From Eledone cirrhosa (Eukaryota), in assembly GCA_964016885.1 (NCBI GenBank), contig OZ024758.1:36952001-37016000 (forward strand): DNA of 64,000 nt, read 5' to 3'. Positions 41,509-55,092 of the stretch are shown one piece after another. Position 1 is the stretch's first letter; every line of letters begins with the position of its first letter. Position numbers and translations under genes: made by a program. Under the pieces are notes generated by a model that saw only the letters and a list, made by a program, of their open reading frames with translations, was not told where the DNA came from and searched no databases.

Positions 41509-42193
41509 TTTAAGTTCATGGTATTAGCTGTCAGAAGGAACTCCACTGTTGGTAAGAATTCATTTAAGTTCATGGTATTAGCTGTCAGAAGTAACTCCAC
41601 TGTTGGTGAGAATTCATTTAAGTTCATGGTACTAGCTGTCAGAAGTAACTCCACTGTTGGTGAGAATTCATTTAAGTTCATGGTACTAGCTGTCAGAAGT
41701 AACTCCACTGTTGGTGAGAATTCATTTAAGTTCATGGTACTAGCTGTCAGAAGTAACCCCAATGTTGGTGAGAATTCATTTAAGTTCATGGTATTAGCTG
41801 TCAGAAGTCACTCCAATGTTGGTGAGAATTCATTTAAGTTCATGGTATTAGCTGTGAGAAGTCACTCCACTGTTGGTGAGAATTCATTTAAGTTCATGGT
41901 ATTAGCTGTCAGAAGTACCTCCACTGTTGGTGAGAATTCATTTAAGTTCATGGTATTAGCTGTCAGAAGTAACTCCACTGTTGGTGAGAATTCATTTAAG
42001 TTCATGGTATTAGCTGTCAGAAGGAACTCCAATGTTGGTGAGAATTCATTTAAGTCATGGTACTAGCTGTCAGAAGTAACTCCACTGTTGGTGAGAATTC
42101 ATTTAAGTTCATGGTATTAGCTGTCAGAAGTAACTCCACTGTTGGTGAGAATTCATTTAAGTTCATGGTACTAGCTGTCAGAAGTAACTCCAA

Positions 42194-44586
42194 TGTTGGT
42201 GAGAATTCATTTAAGTTCATGGTATTAGCTGTCAGAAGGAACTCCACTGTTGGTGAGAATTCATTTAAGTTCATGGTATTAGCTGTCAGAAGTAACTCCA
42301 CTGTTGGTGAGAATTCATTTAAGTTCATGGTACTAGTTGTCAGAAGTAACTCCACTGTTGGTGAGAATTCATTTAAGTTCATGGTATTAGTTGTCAGAAG
42401 TAACTCCACTGTTGGTGAGAATTCATTTAAGTCATGGTATTAGTTGTCAGAAGTAACTCCAATGTTGGTGAGAATTCATTTAAGTTCATGGTACTAGCTG
42501 TCAGAAGTAACTCCACTGTTGGTGAGAATTCATTTAAGTTCATTGTATTAGCTGTCAGAAGTAACTCCACTGTTGGTGAGAATTCATTTAAGTCATGGTA
42601 TTAGCTGTCAGAAGTAACTCCATTGTTGGTGAGAATTCATTTAAGTCATGGTACTAGCTGTCAGAAGTAACTCCACTGTTGGTGAGAATTCATTTAAGTT
42701 CATGGTATTAGCTGTCAGAAGGAACTCCACTGTTGGTGAGAATTCATTTAAGTTCATGGTACTAGCTGTCAGAAGTAACTCCACTGTTGGTGAGAATTCA
42801 TTTAAGTTCATGGTATTAGTTTGTCAGAAGTAACTCCACTGTTGGTGAGAATTCATTTAAGTCATGGTATTAGTTGTCAGAAGTAACTCCAATGTTGGTG
42901 AGAATTCATTTAAGTCATGGTACTAGCTGTCAGAAGTAACTCCAATGTTGGTGAGAATTCATTTAAGTTCATGGTATTAGCTGTCAGAAGGAACTCCACT
43001 GTTGGTGAGAATTCATTTAAGTTCATGGTATTAGCTGTCAGAAGTAACTCCACTGTTGGTGAGAATTCATTTAAGTTCATAGTATTAGCTGTCAGAAGTA
43101 ACTCCACTGTTGGTGAGAATTCATTTAAGTTCATGGTACTAGCTGTCAGAAGTAACTCCACTGTTGGTGAGAATTCATTTAAGTTCATGGTTCTAGCTGT
43201 CAGAATTAACTCCACTGTTGGTGAGAATTCATTTAAGTTCATGGTACTAGCTGTCAGAAGTAACTCCACTGTTGGTGAGAATTCATTTAAGTTCATGGTA
43301 TTAGCTGTCAGAAGGAACTCCAATGTTGGTGAGAATTCATTTAAGTCATGGTACTAGCTGTCAGAAGTAACTCCACTGTTGGTGAGAATTCATTTAAGTT
43401 CATGGTATTAGCTGTCAGAAGGAACGCCACTGTTGGTGAGAATTCATTTAAGTTCATGGTATTAGCTGTCAGAAGTAACTCCACTGTTGGTGAGAATTCA
43501 TTTAAGTTCATGGTACTAGCTGTCAGAAGTAACTCCAATGTTGGTGAGAATTCATTTAAGTTCATGGTATTAGCTGTCAGAAGTCACTCCACTGTTGGTG
43601 ATAATTCATTTAAGTTCATGGTATTAGCTGTCAGAAGTAACTCCACTGTTGGTGAGAATTCATTTAAGTTCATGGTACTAGTTGTCAGAAGTAACTCCAC
43701 TGTTGGTGAGAATTCATTTAAGTTCATGGTACTAGCTGTCAGAAGTAACCCCAATGTTGGTAAGAATTCATTTAAGTTCATGATATTAGCTGTCAGAAGT
43801 AACTCCACTGTTGGTGAGAATTCATTTAAGTTCATGGTACTAGCTGTCAGAAGTAACTCCACTGTTGGTGAGAATTCATTTAAGTTTATGGTACTAGCTG
43901 TCAGAAGTAACCCCAATGTTGGTGAGAATTCATTTAAGTTCATGGTATTAGCTGTCAGAAGTCACTCCAATGTTGGTGAGAATTCATTTAAGTTCATGGT
44001 ATTAGCTGTCAGAAGTAACTCCACTGTTGGTGAGAATTCATTTAAGTTCATGGTATTAGCTGTCAGAAGCAACTCCACTGTTGGTGAGAATTCATTTAAG
44101 TTCATGGTATTAGCTGTCAGAAGTAACTCCACTGTTGGTGAGAATTCATTTAAGTTCATGGTATTAGCTGTCAGAAGGAACTCCAATGTTGGTGAGAATT
44201 CATTTAAGTCATGGTACTAGCTGTCAGAAGTAACTCCACTGTTGGTGAGAATTCATTTAAGTTCATGGTATTAGCTGTCAGAAGGAACGCCACTGTTGGT
44301 GAGAATTCATTTAAGTTCATGGTATTAGCTGTCAGAAGTAACTCCACTGTTGGTGAGAATTCATTTAAGTTCATGGTACTAGCTGTCAGAAGTAACTCCA
44401 ATGTTGGTGAGAATTCATTTAAGTTCATGGTATTAGCTGTCAGAAGGAACTCCACTGTTGGTGATAATTCATTTAAGTTCATGGTATTAGCTGTCAGAAG
44501 TAACTCCACTGTTGGTGAGAATTCATTTAAGTTCATGGTACTAGTTGTCAGAAGTAACTCCACTGTTGGTGTGAATTCATTTAAGT
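42194..44586. repeat. ~2.4 kb block repeated at +6360 (48554-50946)
   Basis: ORF pairs 42648/49008, 42910/49270, 43341/49701, 43962/50322, 44204/50564. Confidence 0.85.
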
Positions 44587-47500
44587 TCATGGTACTAGCT
44601 GTCAGAAGTAACTCCAATGTTGGTAAGAATTCATTTAAGTTCATGATATTAGCTGTCAGAAGTAACTCCACTGTTGGTGAGAATTCATTTAAGTTCATGG
44701 TACTAGCTGTCAGAAGTAACTCCACTGTTGGTGAGAATTCATTTAAGTTTATGGTACTAGCTGTCAGAAGTAACCCCAATGTTGGTGAGAATTCATTTAA
44801 GTTCATGGTATTAGCTGTCAGAAGTCACTCCAATGTTGGTGAGAATTCATTTCAGTTCATGGTATTAGCTGTCAGAAGTCACTCCACTGTTGGTGAGAAT
44901 TCATTTAAGTTCATGGTACTAGCTGTCAGAAGTAACCCCAATGTTGCTGAGAATTCATTTAAGTTCATGGTATTAGCTGTCAGAAGTCACTCCAATGTTG
45001 GTGAGAATTCATTTAAGTTCATGGTATTAGCTGTCAGAAGTAACGCCACTGTTGGTGAGAATTCATTTAAGTTCATTTTATTAGCTGTCAGAAGGAACTC
45101 CAGTGTTGGTGAGAATTCATTTAAGTTCATGGTATTAGCTGTCAGAAGTAACTCCACTGTTGGTGAGAATTCATTTAAGTTCATGGTACTAGCTGTCAGA
45201 AGTAACTCCAATGTTGGTGAGAATTCATTTAAGTTCATGGTATTAGCTGTCAGAAGGAACTCCACTGTTGGTGAGAATTCATTTAAGTTCATGGTATTAG
45301 TTGTCAGAAGTAACTCCACTGTTGGTGAGAATTCATTTAAGTCATGGTATTAGCTGTCAGAAGTAACTCCATTGTTGGTGAGAATTCATTTAAGTCATGG
45401 TACTAGCTGTCAGAAGTAACTCCACTGTTGGTGAGAATTCATTTAAGTTCATGGTATTAGCTGTCAGAAGGAACTCCACTGTTGGTGAGAATTCATTTAA
45501 GTTCATGGTACTAGCTGTCAGAAGTAACTCCACTGTTGGTGAGAATTCATTTAAGTTCATGGTATTAGTTTGTCAGAAGTAACTCCACTGTTGGTGAGAA
45601 TTCATTTAAGTCATGGTATTAGTTGTCAGAAGTAACTCCAATGTTGGTGAGAATTCATTTAAGTTCATGGTATTAGCTGTCAGAAGGAACTCCACTGTTG
45701 GTGAGAATTCATTTAAGTTCATGGTATTAGCTGTCAGAAGTAACTCCACTGTTGGTGAGAATTCATTTAAGTTCATGGTATTAGCTGTCAGAAGTAACTC
45801 CACTGTTGGTGAGAATTCATTTAAGTTCATGGTACTAGCTGTCAGAAGTAACTCCACTGTTGGTGAGAACTCATTTAAGTTCATGGTTCTAGCTGTCAGA
45901 ATTAACTCCACTGTTGGTGAGAATTCATTTAAGTTCATGGTACTAGCTGTCAGAAGTAACTCCACTGTTGGTGAGAATTCATTTAAGTTCATGGTATTAG
46001 CTGTCAGAAGGAACTCCAATGTTGGTGAGAATTCATTTAAGTCATGGTACTAGCTGTCAGAAGTAACTCCACTGTTGGTGAGAATTCATTTAAGTTCATG
46101 GTATTAGCTGTCAGAAGGAACGCCACTGTTGGTGAGAATTCATTTAAGTTCATGGTATTAGCTGTCAGAAGTAACTCCACTGTTGGTGAGAATTCATTTA
46201 AGTTCATGGTACTAGCTGTCAGAAGTAACTCCAATGTTGGTGAGAATTCATTTAAGTTCATGGTATTAGCTGTCAGAAGGAACTCCACTGTTGGTGATAA
46301 TTCATTTAAGTTCATGGTATTAGCTGTCAGAAGTAACTCCACTGTTGGTGAGAATTCATTTAAGTTCATGGTACTAGTTGTCAGAAGTAACTCCACTGTT
46401 GGTGTGAATTCATTTAAGTTCATGGTACTAGCTGTCAGAAGTAACTCCAATGTTGGTAAGAATTCATTTAAGTTCATGATATTAGCTGTCAGAAGTAACT
46501 CCACTGTTGGTGAGAATTCATTTAAGTTCATGGTACTAGCTGTCAGAAGTAACTCCACTGTTGGTGAGAATTCATTTAAGTTTATGGTACTAGCTGTCAG
46601 AAGTAACCCCAATGTTGGTGAGAATTCATTTAAGTTCATGGTATTAGCTGTCAGAAGTCACTCCAATGTTGGTGAGAATTCATTTCAGTTCATGGTATTA
46701 GCTGTCAGAAGTCACTCCACTGTTGGTGAGAATTCATTTAAGTTCATGGTACTAGCTGTCAGAAGTAACCCCAATGTTGCTGAGAATTCATTTAAGTTCA
46801 TGGTATTAGCTGTCAGAAGTCACTCCAATGTTGGTGAGAATTCATTTAAGTTCATGGTATTAGCTGTCAGAAGTAACGCCACTGTTGGTGAGAATTCATT
46901 TAAGTTCATTTTATTAGCTGTCAGAAGGAACTCCAGTGTTGGTGAGAATTCATTTAAGTTCATGGTATTAGCTGTCAGAAGTAACTCCACTGTTGGTGAG
47001 AATTCATTTAAGTTCATGGTACTAGCTGTCAGAAGTAACTCCAATGTTGGTGAGAATTCATTTAAGTTCATGGTATTAGCTGTCAGAAGGAACTCCACTG
47101 TTGGTGAGAATTCATTTAAGTTCATGGTATTAGTTGTCAGAAGTAACTCCACTGTTGGTGAGAATTCATTTAAGTCATGGTATTAGCTGTCAGAAGTAAC
47201 TCCATTGTTGGTGAGAATTCATTTAAGTCATGGTACTAGCTGTCAGAAGTAACTCCACTGTTGGTGAGAATTCATTTAAGTTCATGGTATTAGCTGTCAG
47301 AAGGAACTCCACTGTTGGTGAGAATTCATTTAAGTTCATGGTACTAGCTGTCAGAAGTAACTCCACTGTTGGTGAGAATTCATTTAAGTTCATGGTATTA
47401 GTTTGTCAGAAGTAACTCCACTGTTGGTGAGAATTCATTTAAGTCATGGTATTAGTTGTCAGAAGTAACTCCAATGTTGGTGAGAATTCATTTAAGTTCA

Positions 47501-47720
47501 TGGTATTAGCTGTCAGAAGGAACTCCACTGTTGGTGAGAATTCATTTAAGTTCATGGTATTAGCTGTCAGAAGTAACTCCACTGTTGGTGAGAATTCATT
47601 TAAGTTCATGGTATTAGCTGTCAGAAGTAACTCCACTGTTGGTGAGAATTCATTTAAGTTCATGGTACTAGCTGTCAGAAGTAACTCCACTGTTGGTGAG
47701 AATTCATTTAAGTTCATGGT
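44111..47720. repeat. Tandem duplication with 1833-bp period (34 monomers)
   Basis: ORF pairs 44204/46037, 44987/46820, 45397/47230, 45606/47439. The private variant GGTGTGAATTC was seen only at ~44571 and ~46404. Confidence 0.9.
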
Positions 47721-49419
47721 ATTAGCTGTCAGAAGGAACTCCAATGTTGGTGAGAATTCATTTAAGTCATGGTACTAGCTGTCAGAAGTAACTCCACTGT
47801 TGGTGAGAATTCATTTAAGTTCATGGTATTAGCTGTCAGAAGGAACGCCACTGTTGGTGAGAATTCATTTAAGTTCATGGTATTAGCTGTCAGAAGTAAC
47901 TCCACTGTTGGTGAGAATTCATTTAAGTTCATGGTACTAGCTGTCAGAAGTAACTCCAATGTTGGTGAGAATTCATTTAAGTTCATGGTATTAGCTGTCA
48001 GAAGTCACTCCACTGTTGGTGATAATTCATTTAAGTTCATGGTATTAGCTGTCAGAAGTAACTCCACTGTTGGTGAGAATTCATTTAAGTTCATGGTACT
48101 AGTTGTCAGAAGTAACTCCACTGTTGGTGAGAATTCATTTAAGTTCATGGTACTAGCTGTCAGAAGTAACCCCAATGTTGGTAAGAATTCATTTAAGTTC
48201 ATGATATTAGCTGTCAGAAGTAACTCCACTGTTGGTGAGAATTCATTTAAGTTCATGGTACTAGCTGTCAGAAGTAACTCCACTGTTGGTGAGAATTCAT
48301 TTAAGTTTATGGTACTAGCTGTCAGAAGTAACCCCAATGTTGGTGAGAATTCATTTAAGTTCATGGTATTAGCTGTCAGAAGTCACTCCAATGTTGGTGA
48401 GAATTCATTTAAGTTCATGGTATTAGCTGTCAGAAGTAACTCCACTGTTGGTGAGAATTCATTTAAGTTCATGGTATTAGCTGTCAGAAGCAACTCCACT
48501 GTTGGTGAGAATTCATTTAAGTTCATGGTATTAGCTGTCAGAAGTAACTCCACTGTTGGTGAGAATTCATTTAAGTTCATGGTATTAGCTGTCAGAAGGA
48601 ACTCCACTGTTGGTGAGAATTCATTTAAGTTCATGGTATTAGCTGTCAGAAGTAACTCCACTGTTGGTGAGAATTCATTTAAGTTCATGGTACTAGTTGT
48701 CAGAAGTAACTCCACTGTTGGTGAGAATTCATTTAAGTTCATGGTATTAGTTGTCAGAAGTAACTCCACTGTTGGTGAGAATTCATTTAAGTCATGGTAT
48801 TAGTTGTCAGAAGTAACTCCAATGTTGGTGAGAATTCATTTAAGTTCATGGTACTAGCTGTCAGAAGTAACTCCACTGTTGGTGAGAATTCATTTAAGTT
48901 CATTGTATTAGCTGTCAGAAGTAACTCCACTGTTGGTGAGAATTCATTTAAGTCATGGTATTAGCTGTCAGAAGTAACTCCATTGTTGGTGAGAATTCAT
49001 TTAAGTCATGGTACTAGCTGTCAGAAGTAACTCCACTGTTGGTGAGAATTCATTTAAGTTCATGGTATTAGCTGTCAGAAGGAACTCCACTGTTGGTGAG
49101 AATTCATTTAAGTTCATGGTACTAGCTGTCAGAAGTAACTCCACTGTTGGTGAGAATTCATTTAAGTTCATGGTATTAGTTTGTCAGAAGTAACTCCACT
49201 GTTGGTGAGAATTCATTTAAGTCATGGTATTAGTTGTCAGAAGTAACTCCAATGTTGGTGAGAATTCATTTAAGTCATGGTACTAGCTGTCAGAAGTAAC
49301 TCCAATGTTGGTGAGAATTCATTTAAGTTCATGGTATTAGCTGTCAGAAGGAACTCCACTGTTGGTGAGAATTCATTTAAGTTCATGGTATTAGCTGTCA
49401 GAAGTAACTCCACTGTTGG

Positions 49420-51330
49420 TGAGAATTCATTTAAGTTCATGGTATTAGCTGTCAGAAGTAACTCCACTGTTGGTGAGAATTCATTTAAGTTCATGGTACT
49501 AGCTGTCAGAAGTAACTCCACTGTTGGTGAGAATTCATTTAAGTTCATGGTTCTAGCTGTCAGAATTAACTCCACTGTTGGTGAGAATTCATTTAAGTTC
49601 ATGGTACTAGCTGTCAGAAGTAACTCCACTGTTGGTGAGAATTCATTTAAGTTCATGGTATTAGCTGTCAGAAGGAACTCCAATGTTGGTGAGAATTCAT
49701 TTAAGTCATGGTACTAGCTGTCAGAAGTAACTCCACTGTTGGTGAGAATTCATTTAAGTTCATGGTATTAGCTGTCAGAAGGAACGCCACTGTTGGTGAG
49801 AATTCATTTAAGTTCATGGTATTAGCTGTCAGAAGTAACTCCACTGTTGGTGAGAATTCATTTAAGTTCATGGTACTAGCTGTCAGAAGTAACTCCAATG
49901 TTGGTGAGAATTCATTTAAGTTCATGGTATTAGCTGTCAGAAGTCACTCCACTGTTGGTGATAATTCATTTAAGTTCATGGTATTAGCTGTCAGAAGTAA
50001 CTCCACTGTTGGTGAGAATTCATTTAAGTTCATGGTACTAGTTGTCAGAAGTAACTCCACTGTTGGTGAGAATTCATTTAAGTTCATGGTACTAGCTGTC
50101 AGAAGTAACCCCAATGTTGGTAAGAATTCATTTAAGTTCATGATATTAGCTGTCAGAAGTAACTCCACTGTTGGTGAGAATTCATTTAAGTTCATGGTAC
50201 TAGCTGTCAGAAGTAACTCCACTGTTGGTGAGAATTCATTTAAGTTTATGGTACTAGCTGTCAGAAGTAACCCCAATGTTGGTGAGAATTCATTTAAGTT
50301 CATGGTATTAGCTGTCAGAAGTCACTCCAATGTTGGTGAGAATTCATTTAAGTTCATGGTATTAGCTGTCAGAAGTAACTCCACTGTTGGTGAGAATTCA
50401 TTTAAGTTCATGGTATTAGCTGTCAGAAGCAACTCCACTGTTGGTGAGAATTCATTTAAGTTCATGGTATTAGCTGTCAGAAGTAACTCCACTGTTGGTG
50501 AGAATTCATTTAAGTTCATGGTATTAGCTGTCAGAAGGAACTCCAATGTTGGTGAGAATTCATTTAAGTCATGGTACTAGCTGTCAGAAGTAACTCCACT
50601 GTTGGTGAGAATTCATTTAAGTTCATGGTATTAGCTGTCAGAAGGAACGCCACTGTTGGTGAGAATTCATTTAAGTTCATGGTATTAGCTGTCAGAAGTA
50701 ACTCCACTGTTGGTGAGAATTCATTTAAGTTCATGGTACTAGCTGTCAGAAGTAACTCCAATGTTGGTGAGAATTCATTTAAGTTCATGGTATTAGCTGT
50801 CAGAAGGAACTCCACTGTTGGTGATAATTCATTTAAGTTCATGGTATTAGCTGTCAGAAGTAACTCCACTGTTGGTGAGAATTCATTTAAGTTCATGGTA
50901 CTAGTTGTCAGAAGTAACTCCACTGTTGGTGAGAATTCATTTAAGTCATGGTATTAGTTGTCAGAAGTAACTCCAATGTTGGTGAGAATTCATTTAAGTT
51001 CATGGTACTAGCTGTCAGAAGTAACTCCACTGTTGGTGAGAATTCATTTAAGTTCATTGTATTAGCTGTCAGAAGGAACTCCACTGTTGGTAAGAATTCA
51101 TTTAAGTTCATGGTATTAGCTGTCAGAAGTAACTCCACTGTTGGTGAGAATTCATTTAAGTTCATGGTACTAGCTGTCAGAAGTAACTCCACTGTTGGTG
51201 AGAATTCATTTAAGTTCATGGTACTAGCTGTCAGAAGTAACTCCACTGTTGGTGAGAATTCATTTAAGTTCATGGTACTAGCTGTCAGAAGTAACCCCAA
51301 TGTTGGTGAGAATTCATTTAAGTTCATGGT
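49420..51330. repeat. ~1.9 kb block repeated at +5439
   Basis: ORF pairs 49701/55140, 49944/55383, 50322/55761, 50564/56003, 50941/56380. Boundaries approximate. Confidence 0.8.
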
Positions 51331-52906
51331 ATTAGCTGTGAGAAGTCACTCCACTGTTGGTGAGAATTCATTTAAGTTCATGGTATTAGCTGTCAGAAGT
51401 ACCTCCACTGTTGGTGAGAATTCATTTAAGTTCATGGTATTAGCTGTCAGAAGTAACTCCACTGTTGGTGAGAATTCATTTAAGTTCATGGTATTAGCTG
51501 TCAGAAGGAACTCCAATGTTGGTGAGAATTCATTTAAGTCATGGTACTAGCTGTCAGAAGTAACTCCACTGTTGGTGAGAATTCATTTAAGTTCATGGTA
51601 TTAGCTGTCAGAAGTAACTCCACTGTTGGTGAGAATTCATTTAAGTTCATGGTACTAGCTGTCAGAAGTAACTCCAATGTTGGTGAGAATTCATTTAAGT
51701 TCATGGTATTAGCTGTCAGAAGGAACTCCACTGTTGGTGAGAATTCATTTAAGTTCATGGTATTAGCTGTCAGAAGTAACTCCACTGTTGGTGAGAATTC
51801 ATTTAAGTTCATGGTACTAGTTGTCAGAAGTAACTCCACTGTTGGTGAGAATTCATTTAAGTTCATGGTATTAGTTGTCAGAAGTAACTCCACTGTTGGT
51901 GAGAATTCATTTAAGTCATGGTATTAGTTGTCAGAAGTAACTCCAATGTTGGTGAGAATTCATTTAAGTTCATGGTACTAGCTGTCAGAAGTAACTCCAC
52001 TGTTGGTGAGAATTCATTTAAGTTCATTGTATTAGCTGTCAGAAGTAACTCCACTGTTGGTGAGAATTCATTTAAGTCATGGTATTAGCTGTCAGAAGTA
52101 ACTCCATTGTTGGTGAGAATTCATTTAAGTCATGGTACTAGCTGTCAGAAGTAACTCCACTGTTGGTGAGAATTCATTTAAGTTCATGGTATTAGCTGTC
52201 AGAAGGAACTCCACTGTTGGTGAGAATTCATTTAAGTTCATGGTACTAGCTGTCAGAAGTAACTCCACTGTTGGTGAGAATTCATTTAAGTTCATGGTAT
52301 TAGTTTGTCAGAAGTAACTCCACTGTTGGTGAGAATTCATTTAAGTCATGGTATTAGTTGTCAGAAGTAACTCCAATGTTGGTGAGAATTCATTTAAGTC
52401 ATGGTACTAGCTGTCAGAAGTAACTCCAATGTTGGTGAGAATTCATTTAAGTTCATGGTATTAGCTGTCAGAAGGAACTCCACTGTTGGTGAGAATTCAT
52501 TTAAGTTCATGGTATTAGCTGTCAGAAGTAACTCCACTGTTGGTGAGAATTCATTTAAGTTCATGGTATTAGCTGTCAGAAGTAACTCCACTGTTGGTGA
52601 GAATTCATTTAAGTTCATGGTACTAGCTGTCAGAAGTAACTCCACTGTTGGTGAGAATTCATTTAAGTTCATGGTTCTAGCTGTCAGAATTAACTCCACT
52701 GTTGGTGAGAATTCATTTAAGTTCATGGTACTAGCTGTCAGAAGTAACTCCACTGTTGGTGAGAATTCATTTAAGTTCATGGTATTAGCTGTCAGAAGGA
52801 ACTCCAATGTTGGTGAGAATTCATTTAAGTCATGGTACTAGCTGTCAGAAGTAACTCCAATGTTGGTGAGAATTCATTTAAGTTCATGGTATTAGCTGTC
52901 AGAAGG

Positions 52907-55092
52907 AACTCCACTGTTGGTGAGAATTCATTTAAGTTTATGGTACTAGCTGTCAGAAGTAACCCCAATGTTGGTGAGAATTCATTTAAGTTCATGGTAT
53001 TAGCTGTCAGAAGTCACTCCAATGTCGTGAGAATTCATTTCAGTTCATGGTATTAGCTGTCAGAAGTCACTCCACTGTTGGTGAGAATTCATTTAAGTTC
53101 ATGGTACTAGCTGTCAGAAGTAACCCCAATGTTGCTGAGAATTCATTTAAGTTCATGGTATTAGCTGTCAGAAGTCACTCCAATGTTGGTGAGAATTCAT
53201 TTAAGTTCATGGTATTAGCTGTCAGAAGTAACGCCACTGTTGGTGAGAATTCATTTAAGTTCATTTTATTAGCTGTCAGAAGGAACTCCAGTGTTGGTGA
53301 GAATTCATTTAAGTTCATGGTATTAGCTGTCAGAAGTAACTCCACTGTTGGTGAGAATTCATTTAAGTTCATGGTACTAGCTGTCAGAAGTAACTCCAAT
53401 GTTGGTGAGAATTCATTTAAGTTCATGGTATTAGCTGTCAGAAGGAACTCCACTGTTGGTGAGAATTCATTTAAGTTCATGGTATTAGCTGTCAGAAGTA
53501 ACTCCACTGTTGGTGAGAATTCATTTAAGTTCATGGTACTAGTTGTCAGAAGTAACTCCACTGTTGGTGAGAATTCATTTAAGTTCATGGTATTAGTTGT
53601 CAGAAGTAACTCCACTGTTGGTGAGAATTCATTTAAGTCATGGTATTAGCTGTCAGAAGTAACTCCATTGTTGGTGAGAATTCATTTAAGTCATGGTACT
53701 AGCTGTCAGAAGTAACTCCACTGTTGGTGAGAATTCATTTAAGTTCATGGTATTAGCTGTCAGAAGGAACTCCACTGTTGGTGAGAATTCATTTAAGTTC
53801 ATGGTATTAGCTGTCAGAAGTAACTCCACTGTTGGTGAGAATTCATTTAAGTTCATGGTACTAGCTGTCAGAAGTAACTCCACTGTTGGTGAGAATTCAT
53901 TTAAGTTCATGGTTCTAGCTGTCAGAATTAACTCCACTGTTGGTGAGAATTCATTTAAGTTCATGGTACTAGCTGTCAGAAGTAACTCCACTGTTGGTGA
54001 GAATTCATTTAAGTTTATGGTACTAGCTGTCAGAAGTAACCCCAATGTTGGTGAGAATTCATTTAAGTTCATGGTATTAGCTGTCAGAAGTCACTCCAAT
54101 GTCGTGAGAATTCATTTCAGTTCATGGTATTAGCTGTCAGAAGTCACTCCACTGTTGGTGAGAATTCATTTAAGTTCATGGTACTAGCTGTCAGAAGTAA
54201 CCCCAATGTTGCTGAGAATTCATTTAAGTTCATGGTATTAGCTGTCAGAAGTCACTCCAATGTTGGTGAGAATTCATTTAAGTTCATGGTATTAGCTGTC
54301 AGAAGTAACGCCACTGTTGGTGAGAATTCATTTAAGTTCATTTTATTAGCTGTCAGAAGGAACTCCAGTGTTGGTGAGAATTCATTTAAGTTCATGGTAT
54401 TAGCTGTCAGAAGTAACTCCACTGTTGGTGAGAATTCATTTAAGTTCATGGTACTAGCTGTCAGAAGTAACTCCAATGTTGGTGAGAATTCATTTAAGTT
54501 CATGGTATTAGCTGTCAGAAGGAACTCCACTGTTGGTGAGAATTCATTTAAGTTCATGGTATTAGCTGTCAGAAGTAACTCCACTGTTGGTGAGAATTCA
54601 TTTAAGTTCATGGTACTAGTTGTCAGAAGTAACTCCACTGTTGGTGAGAATTCATTTAAGTTCATGGTATTAGTTGTCAGAAGTAACTCCACTGTTGGTG
54701 AGAATTCATTTAAGTCATGGTATTAGCTGTCAGAAGTAACTCCATTGTTGGTGAGAATTCATTTAAGTCATGGTACTAGCTGTCAGAAGTAACTCCACTG
54801 TTGGTGAGAATTCATTTAAGTTCATGGTATTAGCTGTCAGAAGGAACTCCACTGTTGGTGAGAATTCATTTAAGTTCATGGTATTAGCTGTCAGAAGTAA
54901 CTCCACTGTTGGTGAGAATTCATTTAAGTTCATGGTACTAGCTGTCAGAAGTAACTCCACTGTTGGTGAGAATTCATTTAAGTTCATGGTTCTAGCTGTC
55001 AGAATTAACTCCACTGTTGGTGAGAATTCATTTAAGTTCATGGTACTAGCTGTCAGAAGTAACTCCACTGTTGGTGAGAATTCATTTAAGTT
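52907..55092. repeat. Tandem duplication with 1077-bp period (20 monomers)
   Basis: ORF pairs 53047/54124, 53175/54252, 53686/54763. The private variant AATGTCGTGAG was seen only at ~53021 and ~54098. Confidence 0.9.
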
